Assembly: GCA_963717365.1 (NCBI GenBank)
Contig: OY970327.1
Coordinates: 1,055,752 to 1,119,751, forward strand
DNA length: 64,000 nucleotides
Direction: 5' to 3'
Source of the DNA: Candidatus Saccharimonadia bacterium
GTDB lineage: Bacteria; Patescibacteriota; Saccharimonadia; Saccharimonadales; 2-12-FULL-41-12
Shown: positions 38,792 to 48,827 of the stretch, piece after piece
Layout: each line of letters starts with the position of its first letter
How positions within the stretch are numbered: the first letter of the stretch is position 1
Notes under the pieces: model-generated
Database searches by the model: none
What the model saw: only the letters and a program-made list of their open reading frames with translations
Told to the model about the DNA's origin: nothing
Program-made: the position numbers and the translations under genes

Positions 38792-39523
38792 GTGTATAAT
38801 ACCATTTTTATGGATACAAAACTTGCCCAACAACTCGCTGACTATAAGGTACCCGCCCATGCTGCCGAGTTAATACGTGGTACAAACATTGTATTTTTAG
38901 TCGGAATCACCGCAGCCGGCAAGGATACGGTTATCGGGGAACTGCTTAAATCCGGTGATTTCCACTACATCGTGTCTCATACTACCCGGCAACCCCGCTA
39001 CAATCACGGCATGCTAGAACAGGATGGCTTGGAATACCACTTTGTAACTCTTGAAGAAGTCAGCCGAATGCTTGCAAATCAGGAATTTATTGAAGCAAAA
39101 TTAGTCCACGGGAATGTATATGGTACAAGCGTTGCTGAAATTCAGACCGCCAAAGATAAGTCAGAAATTGCCATCAGTGAAATTGAGGTGCAAGGAATCG
39201 CCGAATATCGGGCGGTCTCTGACGAAGTACTACCAATATTTTTACTGCCGCCTAGCTTTGATATTTGGCAAGAGCGCTTAGGAAAACGCTACGGTGGCGA
39301 CATAGACCAGGAAGACCTGCAAAAACGCATGGAAACTGCCCGAGCGGAACTTGAAGAAGCGCTCGATAAAGATTATTACGAATTTGTAGTAAACAGCGAC
39401 CTTGGAAAAACAATCACCGTAGTCAACGAAATTGCCCATCGTAACTTATCTTCTGACAAAAATGAGCAGGCTAAAGAAATCGCCCGCGCACTCTTGGAAG
39501 ACGTAAAAAAAGCCCTTCAATAA
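38792..39523 (+). CDS. Guanylate kinase-like protein (paralog 2)
   Basis: P-loop GITAAGKDT and SHTTRQPRYNHGMLEQDGLEYHF. The start may be the ATG at 38810. Confidence 0.65.
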   Translation: MYNTIFMDTKLAQQLADYKVPAHAAELIRGTNIVFLVGITAAGKDTVIGELLKSGDFHYIVSHTTRQPRYNHGMLEQDGLEYHFVTLEEVSRMLANQEFIEAKLVHGNVYGTSVAEIQTAKDKSEIAISEIEVQGIAEYRAVSDEVLPIFLLPPSFDIWQERLGKRYGGDIDQEDLQKRMETARAELEEALDKDYYEFVVNSDLGKTITVVNEIAHRNLSSDKNEQAKEIARALLEDVKKALQ

Positions 39524-39569
39524 TTTGCTTTGTATCCAGAAAATTAAATTTAACCTCAGGTGTTTTACC

Positions 39570-39614
39570 ACTATACCTCTATTTCATTAATATTTAATGA
39601 AACGCAGGTATAGT
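39570..39614. repeat. Imperfect copy of the palindromic element seen at 33314-33358
   Basis: ACTATACCTCTATTTCATTAA-TAT-TTAATGAAACGCAGGTATAGT. Confidence 0.65.
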
Positions 39615-39662
39615 ACCGATAACACACACTTCGCATTTGACAAGAAATAAACGATTATTCTA

Positions 39663-39701
39663 CTAGCACTCTTGACACAGGAGTGCCAATTACAGTATAA
39701 T
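39663..39701 (+). promoter_or_regulatory. CIRCE operator overlapping the hrcA promoter
   Basis: CTAGCACTC-TTGACACAG-GAGTGCCAA at 39663-39689, against the consensus TTAGCACTC-N9-GAGTGCTAA. The 9-nt spacer contains the -35 TTGACA, and TATAAT is at 39696-39701. Confidence 0.85.
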
Positions 39702-39712
39702 CATTAGCTACT

Positions 39713-40423
39713 ATGACTGATCGTCAATCACAAGTTTTACGGGCTATCGTAGAACATTATGCCGAAGTTGCTAGCCCGGTAGGTAGCAACTTGCTGGCCA
39801 AAGCTTTTAACGTCAGCAGTGCTACCATTCGCGCCGAAATGGCAGAATTGGAACGCGACGGATTTATAACCCAGCCGCATACCAGTGCCGGTCGTATCCC
39901 CACCGATAAAGGCTATCGTTTTTATGTAAACACAGTCACTGAATCTTCGGAAACTCCAGTGGAGCGTAGGGCTGAACGTGCTTTGGCGGCTCGCGTCGAA
40001 GGTGGCGGTCTGCCTGAACGAACCATCCGTAATACGGTGGATATTTTAGTTGATTTAACCCATAACCTTGGCATTGCTACCATCGGAAATCAGCTGTACA
40101 TGTCCGGCTTAAGTAATCTTTTTGGCCAGCCAGAATTTTCTACAGGCAAGCAGGCTCGTGAGGTTGCTCGATTGCTGGACAATCTGGAGCCATGGCTACA
40201 TGAAGCTGCTCCAAACAAACCACTCAGTGTCTATATCGGTACCGAAAATCCAATCGGACGCAACAGCGGCTGCAGTTTAATTATTAGCCGATTCCGTAGC
40301 CCATATAGCGATCATAGTTATATCGGCACGCTTGGTCCAACTCGCCAAAGTTACCGTGGTACCATGGGGCTTGTTCAGCACGCTGGTCAAACACTAGAGA
40401 AAGCATTATATGGCAGACAGTAA
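39713..40423 (+). CDS. hrcA: Heat-inducible transcription repressor HrcA (short form)
   Basis: N-terminal wHTH: RQSQVLRAIVEHYAEVASPVGSNLLAKAFNVSSATIRAEMAELERDGFITQPHTSAGRIPTDKGYRFYV. Confidence 0.85.
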   Translation: MTDRQSQVLRAIVEHYAEVASPVGSNLLAKAFNVSSATIRAEMAELERDGFITQPHTSAGRIPTDKGYRFYVNTVTESSETPVERRAERALAARVEGGGLPERTIRNTVDILVDLTHNLGIATIGNQLYMSGLSNLFGQPEFSTGKQAREVARLLDNLEPWLHEAAPNKPLSVYIGTENPIGRNSGCSLIISRFRSPYSDHSYIGTLGPTRQSYRGTMGLVQHAGQTLEKALYGRQ

Positions 40424-40997
40424 ATCACACCATTCCAATAACCCGTCAGATGATACCAACGATTCCACTGAATCAAAAAGTAACGAACGTCACTCTGCGT
40501 CAACACCAAAGCACGGTATGACTGGCCGTATTAAAAATGCTATTGATGAACGCAAAAAACTTGAAACAAAAGTTAATGAACTAACCAGCGCTCTGCAGCG
40601 CGAGCGAGCAGACGTTACTAATATCCGTCGCCGCCATGAACAGCAGATGGACAGTTTGCGAGATATCGCTAAAGCCAGTGTGGTACGTGATTTACTGCCG
40701 GCAATTGATAATTTAGAGCGCGGGCTCAAACATGTTCCAAAAGATATCCAAGGTCATGATTATGTTAAGGGTATTTCAGGCGTTGTTAAACAATTCGAAA
40801 AAACACTCAAAGATATTGGTGTCGAACGTGTTAAGACAGTGGGCGAAGAATTTGATCCAAAGTATCATGAAGCAATCAGCATGGAAGAAGGCGAAGGTAC
40901 CCGGGAAGTAGTCAGCGAAGAATTACAATCTGGCTATAAACTTGGCGACGAAGTTATTCGCCACGCCATGGTTAAAGTTAAAACTGAGAAAAAGTAA
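40410..40997 (+). CDS. grpE: Nucleotide exchange factor GrpE
   Basis: Coiled-coil followed by DLLPAIDNLERGL and FDPKYHEAIS...GYKLGDEVIRHAMVKV. Confidence 0.9.
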   Translation: MADSKSHHSNNPSDDTNDSTESKSNERHSASTPKHGMTGRIKNAIDERKKLETKVNELTSALQRERADVTNIRRRHEQQMDSLRDIAKASVVRDLLPAIDNLERGLKHVPKDIQGHDYVKGISGVVKQFEKTLKDIGVERVKTVGEEFDPKYHEAISMEEGEGTREVVSEELQSGYKLGDEVIRHAMVKVKTEKK

Positions 40998-41051
40998 TAA
41001 CCAGGCAGTATTATTGACACAGTCATGCGAATATTTTAAAATTTATATTCA

Positions 41052-41762
41052 ATGGATAGATTCAAGACCGAACTTCAGGGTGGAGACAAGTTTGATCCGG
41101 CCAAATGGCTGGCCGATGAGATATTATGGGGCGTTGTGAAAGAACCATTTCCTGTTCGGTGGCAGCGATGGGTATCAGCGGAAAAGGCTATGGGGGAGCC
41201 GGCTATAATCGCGTCAAACTGGGGTAGGGCGAAGCTATATACGGAACGGACGTATGATGACAGCAAGTTAGTCCCTCAAGCGTCATGGCAGCTTGGCAAG
41301 CTAGTGGCAGGTCTTGTTTCTTATGTAGTGCAGTTTGAAACTAAACCAGAAAATTGGTTTGATGCGCCAGAAATGTTCACAAAAGACATTTTTTCAATTT
41401 CAACTAGGATAGTAGAAAACACTAAAACTGGGCTTGCCCCCCGTTTTAGAGTAACCAGCGAAGCTGATTATCGACTACTTAGCAGCGGCCTGCTAGACCT
41501 GGCTACTTCTGCAAAAGAAAACATTGGCCCATATCCATCCCATGAGAAACATGCACTCGCATTGTCAAATATGGGAAGAATTGCATCCAGCTTAGCAGCG
41601 GGCACAACTAAAGACTGGCTTAGTTTTACTAAAGAAAATGATGGAAAATTTACTATGATTCCCGGCGGAGTACCGCGCTCATCTCAGGAAGCAATGGAGG
41701 AAAAGCTTGCTGTTTTTAACTCAATTCCCCGGCCCTGGCAAGAAACTATCGCCACATCTTAA
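41052..41762 (+). CDS. Hypothetical protein inserted between grpE and dnaK
   Basis: ORF with its own TTGACA-17-TAAAAT promoter around 41013-41041. No family recognised. Confidence 0.5.
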   Translation: MDRFKTELQGGDKFDPAKWLADEILWGVVKEPFPVRWQRWVSAEKAMGEPAIIASNWGRAKLYTERTYDDSKLVPQASWQLGKLVAGLVSYVVQFETKPENWFDAPEMFTKDIFSISTRIVENTKTGLAPRFRVTSEADYRLLSSGLLDLATSAKENIGPYPSHEKHALALSNMGRIASSLAAGTTKDWLSFTKENDGKFTMIPGGVPRSSQEAMEEKLAVFNSIPRPWQETIATS

Positions 41763-41763
41763 T

Positions 41764-41801
41764 TAGCACTCTTGACATGTGAGTGCCAATTTCATATACT
41801 G
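41764..41801 (+). promoter_or_regulatory. Second CIRCE operator overlapping the dnaK promoter
   Basis: TTAGCACTC-TTGACATGT-GAGTGCCAA at 41764-41790. The -35 TTGACA lies inside the spacer, and TATACT is at 41796-41801. Confidence 0.85.
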
Positions 41802-41848
41802 GCATTATGTAGTAATGACTGCTAATTGAAATAAGAAAGGGTACACCA

Positions 41849-42103
41849 GTGGCTAAACAAGTAAAAATTGATAATACCAAGAAGGTCAGCGGTTCAGCTA
41901 AAACTGTACCCGAGCGACCTTTATTGACAACCCGCTCACCAAAAACCAACCTATTTATTGCTGCTATTCTCGGTTTGATCTATCTAACTGTATTTAACCT
42001 GAGTGTGCAACATACACTTCTTTACGCTACTGGCGCTTTTCTATTTTTTAATACCGTCGATTACTTTATTTTGTATAACCGAATCAAGAAGGAGAATAAA
42101 TAA
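41849..42103 (+). CDS. Small membrane protein (84 aa) between CIRCE and dnaK
   Basis: GTG start. Two TM helices ([29 protein letters not shown]). Confidence 0.45.
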   Translation: MAKQVKIDNTKKVSGSAKTVPERPLLTTRSPKTNLFIAAILGLIYLTVFNLSVQHTLLYATGAFLFFNTVDYFILYNRIKKENK

Positions 42104-42105
42104 CC

Positions 42106-44037
42106 ATGGGAAAAATTATTGGAATTGACCTAGGAACCACTAACTCGGCAATGGCCGTCATGCAAGGTGGCAAGCCAGAAATTATTGCCAACTCAGAAGG
42201 TAACCGCACAACACCCAGCGTAGTAGCTATTAATAAGAACGGCGAGCGTCTGGTTGGCCAGGTAGCTAACCGCCAGCGTGTCACAAATCCAACCAATACT
42301 ATTTTTGGCGTTAAGCGTCTAATGGGCCGCAAAATCACTGACAAAGAAGTCCAGCGCGACATCGAATTGATGCCGTACAAAATTGTAAAGAGCAACTCTC
42401 ACGTAAAAGTAGAGATGGCTAGCACAGGCTATAGTCCCGAAGAAGTCAGCGCTATGATTCTTTCTAAGCTGAAAGCTGACGCCGAAGCCTTTTTGGGAGA
42501 ACCGGTAACCGAAGCTGTTATTACCGTTCCTGCATACTTTGATGACTCTCAGCGACAAGCTACTAAAGACGCTGGTAAAATTGCTGGTCTGGAAGTAAAA
42601 CGCATTATTAACGAGCCAACCGCGGCTGCCTTAGCTTACGGTTTAGATAAAGGCAAAGAAGAAAAAATTGCTGTCTTTGACCTCGGTGGCGGTACTTTTG
42701 ATGTATCAATTTTGCAGCTGGGCGATGGTGTCTTTGAAGTACTTTCAACCAACGGAGATACGCACCTTGGCGGAGAAGACTTTGATATGCGCATCGTGAA
42801 CCACTTTGTTGACGAGTTCAAAAAAGTATCCGGCATTGACGTTAAAAGTGACAAAGCCGCTATGCAGCGTTTAAAAGAAGAGGCCGAGAAGTCTAAGAAA
42901 GAATTATCCACGACAGAAGTTGCCGATATTAACTTGCCGTTCTTAACTGCCGATGCTGATGGTCCCAAACACTTTGAATACAAACTGAGCCGTTCTAAGC
43001 TGATCGACCTGGTTCAAGACCTGATCGATGCTACTGCCGGCCCATGTGAAAAGGCAATCAAAGACGCTAAACTCAAGGCATCAGATATTAATGAAATTAT
43101 TCTGGTTGGTGGCATGACCCGCATGCCAGCCGTTATAGAAAAAGTGAAGTCAATTTTTGGCAAAGATCCAAAGCAAGGCGTAAACCCGGATGAAGTAGTG
43201 GCCGTTGGGGCTGCAATCCAAGGTGGTGTTCTGCAAGGCGACGTCAAAGATGTCTTGTTACTAGACGTAACTCCACTGAGTCTAGGCATTGAAACGCTCG
43301 GCGGCGTGGCAACCAAACTGATTGAACGTAATACCACTATCCCTACCAGTAAGAGCGAAACATTCTCAACCGCTGCCGATAACCAGCCGCAAGTAGAAAT
43401 TCACGTAGTCCAGGGCGAACGCGAAATGGTTAACGATAACAAGTCGCTCGGCCGCTTTGTACTCGATGGTATACCACCTGCTCCCCGTGGTGTACCGCAA
43501 GTTGAAGTGACGTTTAACCTAGATGCCAACGGTATTTTGAATGTATCCGCAAAAGACAAAGGTAGCGGCAAAGAACAAAGCATCACCATCCAAAACAGCG
43601 GCAACTTAAGTAAAGAAGATGTTGAAAAGGCTGCAAAAGAAGCTGAAGCGCACGCTGATGAGGATAAGAAAAAGCGCGAATCGGCTGAAACGCGCAACCT
43701 GTTTGACGCTGCCGTATACCAGGCCGAAAAAATGCCAACTGAATATAAAGATAAATTGTCTGACGAAGATAAGAAGGCGATTGAAGAAGCTGTAGCTGAA
43801 GCCAAGAAAGTCCAAGCCGATGAAAAAGCTGGCAAAGATGAATACGAAGAAGCTACCAAAGCGCTCAATGAAAAAATCATGCCAATTGGCGCCAAGATGT
43901 ACGAACAAGAAGCTGCCGAAGCTGCCAAGGCAGACGATGCAGAAGAGGGTACAGACGTGAAAGACGCTGTCAAAGAAGACGGCCCAGTTGAAGGAGAAGT
44001 AGTCGATAGCGAAGACAAGAAAAAGAAGAAAAAATAA
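42106..44037 (+). CDS. dnaK: Molecular chaperone DnaK (Hsp70)
   Basis: [28 protein letters not shown], and a C-terminal acidic/lysine tail. Confidence 0.97.
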   Translation: MGKIIGIDLGTTNSAMAVMQGGKPEIIANSEGNRTTPSVVAINKNGERLVGQVANRQRVTNPTNTIFGVKRLMGRKITDKEVQRDIELMPYKIVKSNSHVKVEMASTGYSPEEVSAMILSKLKADAEAFLGEPVTEAVITVPAYFDDSQRQATKDAGKIAGLEVKRIINEPTAAALAYGLDKGKEEKIAVFDLGGGTFDVSILQLGDGVFEVLSTNGDTHLGGEDFDMRIVNHFVDEFKKVSGIDVKSDKAAMQRLKEEAEKSKKELSTTEVADINLPFLTADADGPKHFEYKLSRSKLIDLVQDLIDATAGPCEKAIKDAKLKASDINEIILVGGMTRMPAVIEKVKSIFGKDPKQGVNPDEVVAVGAAIQGGVLQGDVKDVLLLDVTPLSLGIETLGGVATKLIERNTTIPTSKSETFSTAADNQPQVEIHVVQGEREMVNDNKSLGRFVLDGIPPAPRGVPQVEVTFNLDANGILNVSAKDKGSGKEQSITIQNSGNLSKEDVEKAAKEAEAHADEDKKKRESAETRNLFDAAVYQAEKMPTEYKDKLSDEDKKAIEEAVAEAKKVQADEKAGKDEYEEATKALNEKIMPIGAKMYEQEAAEAAKADDAEEGTDVKDAVKEDGPVEGEVVDSEDKKKKKK

Positions 44038-44043
44038 TCACAA

Positions 44044-44397
44044 ATGCCTGAAGAACTTCCCAACCCAGAGAAGAGCCATGATCCCTACCTCAAACTGGCG
44101 CTAAGGTTCGCGACAGAAGTACCAGAATTAGAAGTGATGGATGAAAGAGAATTAGATGATCTTCTTACTACTGTCGCCATGATACTAGAGGATACCAAGA
44201 ATCAGCTTATTGGCCAGCAAGTAGGATGCCCAAATATCATGAGTAAAATATCTGTTTCAATGCCAAATGAAGATGAACGAATGATAGTTGTAGGCGGTAA
44301 GAGATTAGATGACGGGATTGAGCTACCTATTCGTTGGGTTTCTGATCCGGAAACTATTCGTAACTTAAAGAAGTATCAAAAACAGGCAAGCGAATAG
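44044..44397 (+). CDS. Hypothetical protein (117 aa)
   Basis: ORF only, located inside the chaperone cluster. Confidence 0.5.
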   Translation: MPEELPNPEKSHDPYLKLALRFATEVPELEVMDERELDDLLTTVAMILEDTKNQLIGQQVGCPNIMSKISVSMPNEDERMIVVGGKRLDDGIELPIRWVSDPETIRNLKKYQKQASE

Positions 44398-44407
44398 CAA
44401 ATTTTTT

Positions 44408-45028
44408 ATGCATGAATTTATAATAGTTGCGGGAGTACATTTATTGGCGGTGATGAGTCCAGGGCCTGATTTAATTATGATGCTTCGTAACAGTGTCATG
44501 TATTCGCGTAAAGCTGCTTTATTCTCTGCTATGGGATTGGGTCTGGGCATAGCGCTTCACGTTACCTATTGCTTACTTGGGCTAGCCTTAATTATTAGCC
44601 AGTCAGTTTTGTTGTTTACGGTTATTAAATACTTGGGAGCGGCATATCTGGTCTATATTGGTATTAAATCTCTGCAATCTAGAAAGGGCGATGCCATAGA
44701 AACTTTTCACGCCGAGAAAAAAGACGATATTAGTTCACTACAAGCACTCCGGCTAGGTTTTTTAACAAACGCGCTTAACCCTAAGGCCACTTTATTCTTC
44801 CTAGCCTTATTTACCCAGGTTATTAGTGCTTCGACTCCATTACTAATGAAAATGGCTTACGGCATAGAAATGATGTTGGCAACCATTGCATGGTTTAGCA
44901 TAGTGGCAATTTTTATGACGCAAAATCCAATCAGAAAAGCGTTTTTAGGAATTAAGCATTATATAGAACTATGCTTTGGCATTGTATTGATAGGGTTGGG
45001 AATTAAAGTAGCATTGGCAAGTAAATAG
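44408..45028 (+). CDS. LysE/RhtB family amino-acid exporter
   Basis: VMSPGPDLIMML N-terminal motif, six TM helices, and NPKATLFF. Confidence 0.8.
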   Translation: MHEFIIVAGVHLLAVMSPGPDLIMMLRNSVMYSRKAALFSAMGLGLGIALHVTYCLLGLALIISQSVLLFTVIKYLGAAYLVYIGIKSLQSRKGDAIETFHAEKKDDISSLQALRLGFLTNALNPKATLFFLALFTQVISASTPLLMKMAYGIEMMLATIAWFSIVAIFMTQNPIRKAFLGIKHYIELCFGIVLIGLGIKVALASK

Positions 45029-45118
45029 ATATGGCAAAAGAATATAAAGTTGTAACGGAAAAGATAGCCCTAGTGACAGACGTTTTGCAGACAAACATAG
45101 GTATGGGAGTATTAGTAC

Positions 45119-46225
45119 ATGGCTAAACGGGACTATTACGAAATATTAGGGCTAGCAAAGGACGCTTCTGACGATGAAATCAAGAAGGCGTTTCGACGCA
45201 TTGCGGTTGAACATCACCCTGATCGAGGTGGCGATGAGATCAAGTTTAAAGAAGCGAATGAAGCTTATGAGATTCTCAAAGATCCGTCCAAACGGCAACG
45301 TTATGACCAGTTTGGTCATGCCGGAGTAGGCGGAGCTTCGGCAGGTGGAAACCCTTACGCTGGTTTTGGTGGCGGCCAGGAAATGCACTTTGATTTTGGA
45401 GACCTTGGGCTTGGCGATATTTTGGGCAGCTTTTTTGGCGGCGAGCAAGCAGGACGTCAGGGCGGCCGGCGAGAAGTCCGCGGTAACGATGTTGAAACAG
45501 GTATTGAATTATCATTTGAAGAAGCCATCTTCGGTGTTGAACACGAGCTTAGATTAAGTCTCAAAGATAGCTGTAGCCATTGTAACGGCACAACCGCCGA
45601 ACCGGGCCACGAAATGAAAACCTGCGAGACATGCAAGGGTTCTGGTCAGGTGGTACGGGCTATGCGGACAGTTTTTGGCAATATACAGCAAGCCACCCCC
45701 TGTCCTACCTGTAAAGCTACCGGCAAGGTGCCGGAAAAAGCATGTACTGTCTGTAAGGGAACTGGTACTGAAAAGAAAAACCAAAGCATCGAACTTAAAA
45801 TTCCGGCAGGTATTGATGACGGTGCCACTATTCGTCTACGCGAACACGGCGAAGCAATTGCCAATGGCCCAAAAGGCGACCTGTATGTACAAGTTCGCGT
45901 TAAACCCCATAAACATTTTACGCGTGAGGGCGACTTAGTTTTGAGTGAAGAACACATAGGTATGATTGATGCCGCCCTCGGCACTGAAATTGAGGTTGCA
46001 ACGGTTGACGGGCCAATTACTATGAAAATTCCAGCTGGCACGCAGAGCGGTACGGACTTTAAATTATCAGGCCACGGCGTACCCCATATGAAAAGTAATA
46101 CCCGCGGGGCCCATATTATACGGATTACTGTTGATACACCAACTAAACTGAGCAAGCAGCAGACCGAACTACTGGAAGCACTTAAAGATACCGGTATTAC
46201 AAAAAAAGGCCGCTTTGGTTTTTAA
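45119..46225 (+). CDS. dnaJ: Molecular chaperone DnaJ
   Basis: J domain with HPD (EHHPDRGG), a G/F-rich region, and four CxxCxGxG zinc-finger repeats. Confidence 0.95.
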   Translation: MAKRDYYEILGLAKDASDDEIKKAFRRIAVEHHPDRGGDEIKFKEANEAYEILKDPSKRQRYDQFGHAGVGGASAGGNPYAGFGGGQEMHFDFGDLGLGDILGSFFGGEQAGRQGGRREVRGNDVETGIELSFEEAIFGVEHELRLSLKDSCSHCNGTTAEPGHEMKTCETCKGSGQVVRAMRTVFGNIQQATPCPTCKATGKVPEKACTVCKGTGTEKKNQSIELKIPAGIDDGATIRLREHGEAIANGPKGDLYVQVRVKPHKHFTREGDLVLSEEHIGMIDAALGTEIEVATVDGPITMKIPAGTQSGTDFKLSGHGVPHMKSNTRGAHIIRITVDTPTKLSKQQTELLEALKDTGITKKGRFGF

Positions 46226-46274
46226 AGCCAATTACTACTCGACAGCTTTATAAGCAATAGCATAAAATAGTTTC

Positions 46275-46394
46275 ATGAAGCTTCGCCGCAATGACGAACA
46301 TGGTTTTATTACGATGATTATTATGCTAGTGCTAATTCTGGCTGCCGCTATTTTTTTCGCATACATGCGCGTTAAGACAAAACAGCAAGGATAG
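46275..46394 (+). CDS. Candidate 39-aa single-TM small protein
   Basis: MKLRRNDEHGFITMIIMLVLILAAAIFFAYMRVKTKQQG. It looks more protein-like than the antisense 61-aa ORF 46235..46420 in the track. Confidence 0.35.
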   Translation: MKLRRNDEHGFITMIIMLVLILAAAIFFAYMRVKTKQQG

Positions 46395-46480
46395 ATCAAA
46401 ATATTCAGTAAAGATTTCATTGCAAAACAATTACGATCTTGATACTATCCCGAGATGATCAGTGAGTATCTGTATAACTA

Positions 46481-47824
46481 ATGTCTGCGTTTGATGAAGC
46501 AAATGAGCGAGATATGATCCTTTTCGTAGGGTCGTATTTGACTGCCCAGCGAGATGCGCTAAAACAACTTAGTAGCTCCCTTGGTAAGAATTTGAAGGCT
46601 TTTGTTTTACTTGATACTATTCAATTCAGCGCAAAAAGTGAGCTGCTGGCTGACAATAAAACAGTGGTAGTGGAGTGTGACTTTTCATCGCCAATGGCGC
46701 TTCAGAAAGCTCTATTTCCATACAGGCATCGTTTTTTGGCGGTAACTTGTCGAGCAGAAAGAAACGTTCCATTACTTAGAAAAACCATTCCACACGTTCC
46801 GTATATCAACACGCCAACTGAACTTTCTTTGCAGTGGACAACCGATAAAATACAGATGCGCCAGCTGCTTCGCAATTATGATAAAAATATTTCCCCAAAA
46901 TTTATTGTGGTTCATGATGCACAGGAAGAAACACTCGACCGTATTGAGAAAAAAGTCGGGTTTCCGTTAATTATTAAGCCAGCGGGCCTTGCAAAAAGCT
47001 TGCTCGTGACACTGTGTTATCACCGCGAAGAACTTGAAGCCAATCTTAAGAATACCGTAAAAAAAATAGATAAGATTTATAAAAAAGAAAGTGGTCGAGG
47101 GGAACCTCAAATACTTGTTGAAGAGTTTATGGAAGGTGCGATGTACTCTATAGATTCCTATGTAAATCAACGAGGAGTTGTTTACCATACGCCACTTGTA
47201 CATATCCGTACCGGCCGGGCAGTTGGCTTTGAAGATTTTTTTGGCTATGCGCGGTTAACACCCGTAAAACTAAAGCTCCACAAAGTAGAAATGGCACGCA
47301 GAGCTGCCGAAAAAGCTATTCAAGCACTTAGCTTGCGTAGTACAACCTGTCATATTGAACTTATGAAAACAGAGGATGGCTGGAAGATTATTGAGCTAGG
47401 ACCGCGGATTGGCGGTTTCCGGGATGAGATGTACAAACTTTCTTACGGCATTGACCATAATGCCAATGACATCCTAATCAGAATGCCTAAAAAACCGGTG
47501 CTCAATAAAAAAGTTCGCGGCTACACAATGGTAATGCAGTTTTATCCTCCCAAGAAAGGGCGGTTAGCAAAGCTTGAGGGCATAAAAAAAATTCGCCACC
47601 TTGAATCTTTCTCAAGAGTAAATTTAAAAAAGAAAGTCGGTGATATGTGCGACTTTGCCCGTAATGGCGACGATCCAATATTTGACTTAGTATTATTTAA
47701 TAAAGACCGTTCCAAGCTGCTAGCAGACGTTAGGAGAGTAGAGAAAACCGTAAAAATACAGATCCGCCAACCGGCAAAACCTGCCGTACGCTTAAAGCCG
47801 TCGTTAGAAATGGCGTATAGATGA
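46481..47824 (+). CDS. ATP-grasp domain protein
   Basis: FPLIIKPAGLAKSLLV, LVEEFMEG and IELGPRIGG are typical of an ATP-grasp fold. The substrate is unknown. Confidence 0.7.
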   Translation: MSAFDEANERDMILFVGSYLTAQRDALKQLSSSLGKNLKAFVLLDTIQFSAKSELLADNKTVVVECDFSSPMALQKALFPYRHRFLAVTCRAERNVPLLRKTIPHVPYINTPTELSLQWTTDKIQMRQLLRNYDKNISPKFIVVHDAQEETLDRIEKKVGFPLIIKPAGLAKSLLVTLCYHREELEANLKNTVKKIDKIYKKESGRGEPQILVEEFMEGAMYSIDSYVNQRGVVYHTPLVHIRTGRAVGFEDFFGYARLTPVKLKLHKVEMARRAAEKAIQALSLRSTTCHIELMKTEDGWKIIELGPRIGGFRDEMYKLSYGIDHNANDILIRMPKKPVLNKKVRGYTMVMQFYPPKKGRLAKLEGIKKIRHLESFSRVNLKKKVGDMCDFARNGDDPIFDLVLFNKDRSKLLADVRRVEKTVKIQIRQPAKPAVRLKPSLEMAYR

Positions 47825-48306
47825 ATCGGTGGATAAAGTCTAAAAAATTCTGGACGGTAATGTTGATAGTCGTGACTCTAGCCGGGGCAGCGCTAATAAT
47901 GAACCTGACCGCAAAGACTTCCACTACAACTTCAACAGATCCTACGCTAGCAAATCGGTGTGACGGACTTGCCGCCGCAGGACAATGCTATGCGCTTGAG
48001 CGCGCGGTAACAAATGAAGAACACACTAAAGGTCTGTCTGGCCGTGATAACTTAGCCAGTCAAACCGGCATGCTCTTTGTTTTTAGCCAGCCGAAAGAAG
48101 TTTGTATTTGGATGAAAGACATGCGCTTTAATCTCGATATTGTTTGGTTAAATGAGTCGAAAACAATTACCAAAATTGGGAAGAATGTTAGTCCTGACAC
48201 CTATCCATCGACATTTTGCTCGGATAATACCAAATACGTCATAGAACTGAATAGCGGTGACGCCGATAAACTACAGTTGAAGTTCGGCGACTCCCTAGGA
48301 TTTTGA
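47821..48306 (+). CDS. DUF192 domain protein
   Basis: GLSGRDNLASQTGMLFVF...IWMKDMRFNLDIVWL...YVIELNSG matches DUF192. Its start overlaps the ATP-grasp gene's stop (ATGA). Confidence 0.7.
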   Translation: MNRWIKSKKFWTVMLIVVTLAGAALIMNLTAKTSTTTSTDPTLANRCDGLAAAGQCYALERAVTNEEHTKGLSGRDNLASQTGMLFVFSQPKEVCIWMKDMRFNLDIVWLNESKTITKIGKNVSPDTYPSTFCSDNTKYVIELNSGDADKLQLKFGDSLGF

Positions 48307-48343
48307 TTTCTTTGGCCTTTAGCCTTCATGCTACAGTAATCAC

Positions 48344-48823
48344 ATGAACGAACTGCTTATCCTTGTTGCAGCTACGCTATTTATTTGGTTGTTTCTGCTC
48401 TGGCTGCGCGTACCATCCAGTATTGCGTTTCTAAGCTTGCTAATTGGTCAACTTATATCTACCGAAGCCAGTGTCGATGTATACAACTTTGTAGCTTCTA
48501 TCCTTAAGATTTCTGAACCCTTCTACGTACAGGCGGCATTACTTGTATTGCCACTACTCCTAACTATCCTGCTCCTACGACACCGGGTGCCAAAATCTAA
48601 AGTAATTATAGAAGCGGTGCCAACGCTATTTGTCGTTGCCCTAACCGTACTGCTACTGGGGGCGGCAATACCTGCACTTGGTACCGTATTGGACATAGCC
48701 GCCCATGATCAACTTGACGCCTATAAGAGCATCATAATAATTGCCGCATCAGTGTCGGGCTTGCTCAGTGCGTGGCTGAGCTATCCGCGACCCTCTAAGG
48801 ATCACGGTAAAAAACATAAGTAA
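48344..48823 (+). CDS. Integral membrane protein (159 aa)
   Basis: Four or five hydrophobic helices. No family recognised. Confidence 0.5.
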   Translation: MNELLILVAATLFIWLFLLWLRVPSSIAFLSLLIGQLISTEASVDVYNFVASILKISEPFYVQAALLVLPLLLTILLLRHRVPKSKVIIEAVPTLFVVALTVLLLGAAIPALGTVLDIAAHDQLDAYKSIIIIAASVSGLLSAWLSYPRPSKDHGKKHK

Positions 48824-48827
48824 GTCG

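Noticed and set aside
42084-44063. Several long minus-strand ORFs inside dnaK (for example 43401..44063 at 220 aa, 42636..42983, 43014..43337).
   Set aside because: They are antisense shadows of an unambiguous DnaK reading frame. They have Ser/Phe/Leu-rich low-complexity composition, no start context and no recognisable domains.
45032-45127. 31-codon ORF overlapping the dnaJ start ([31 protein letters not shown]).
   Set aside because: There is no clear RBS or conservation evidence. It could be a chance ORF in the lysE-dnaJ spacer, and it is too weak to call.
45152-46155. ORFs overlapping dnaJ on both strands, including 45646..46155 (169 aa, minus strand).
   Set aside because: DnaJ occupies the region with all four zinc-finger repeats intact. 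The overlapping frames have no independent support.
46235-46420. Minus-strand 61-aa ORF downstream of dnaJ.
   Set aside because: The plus strand encodes a more convincing 39-aa single-TM peptide (46275..46394). The minus-strand product looks like its antisense shadow.
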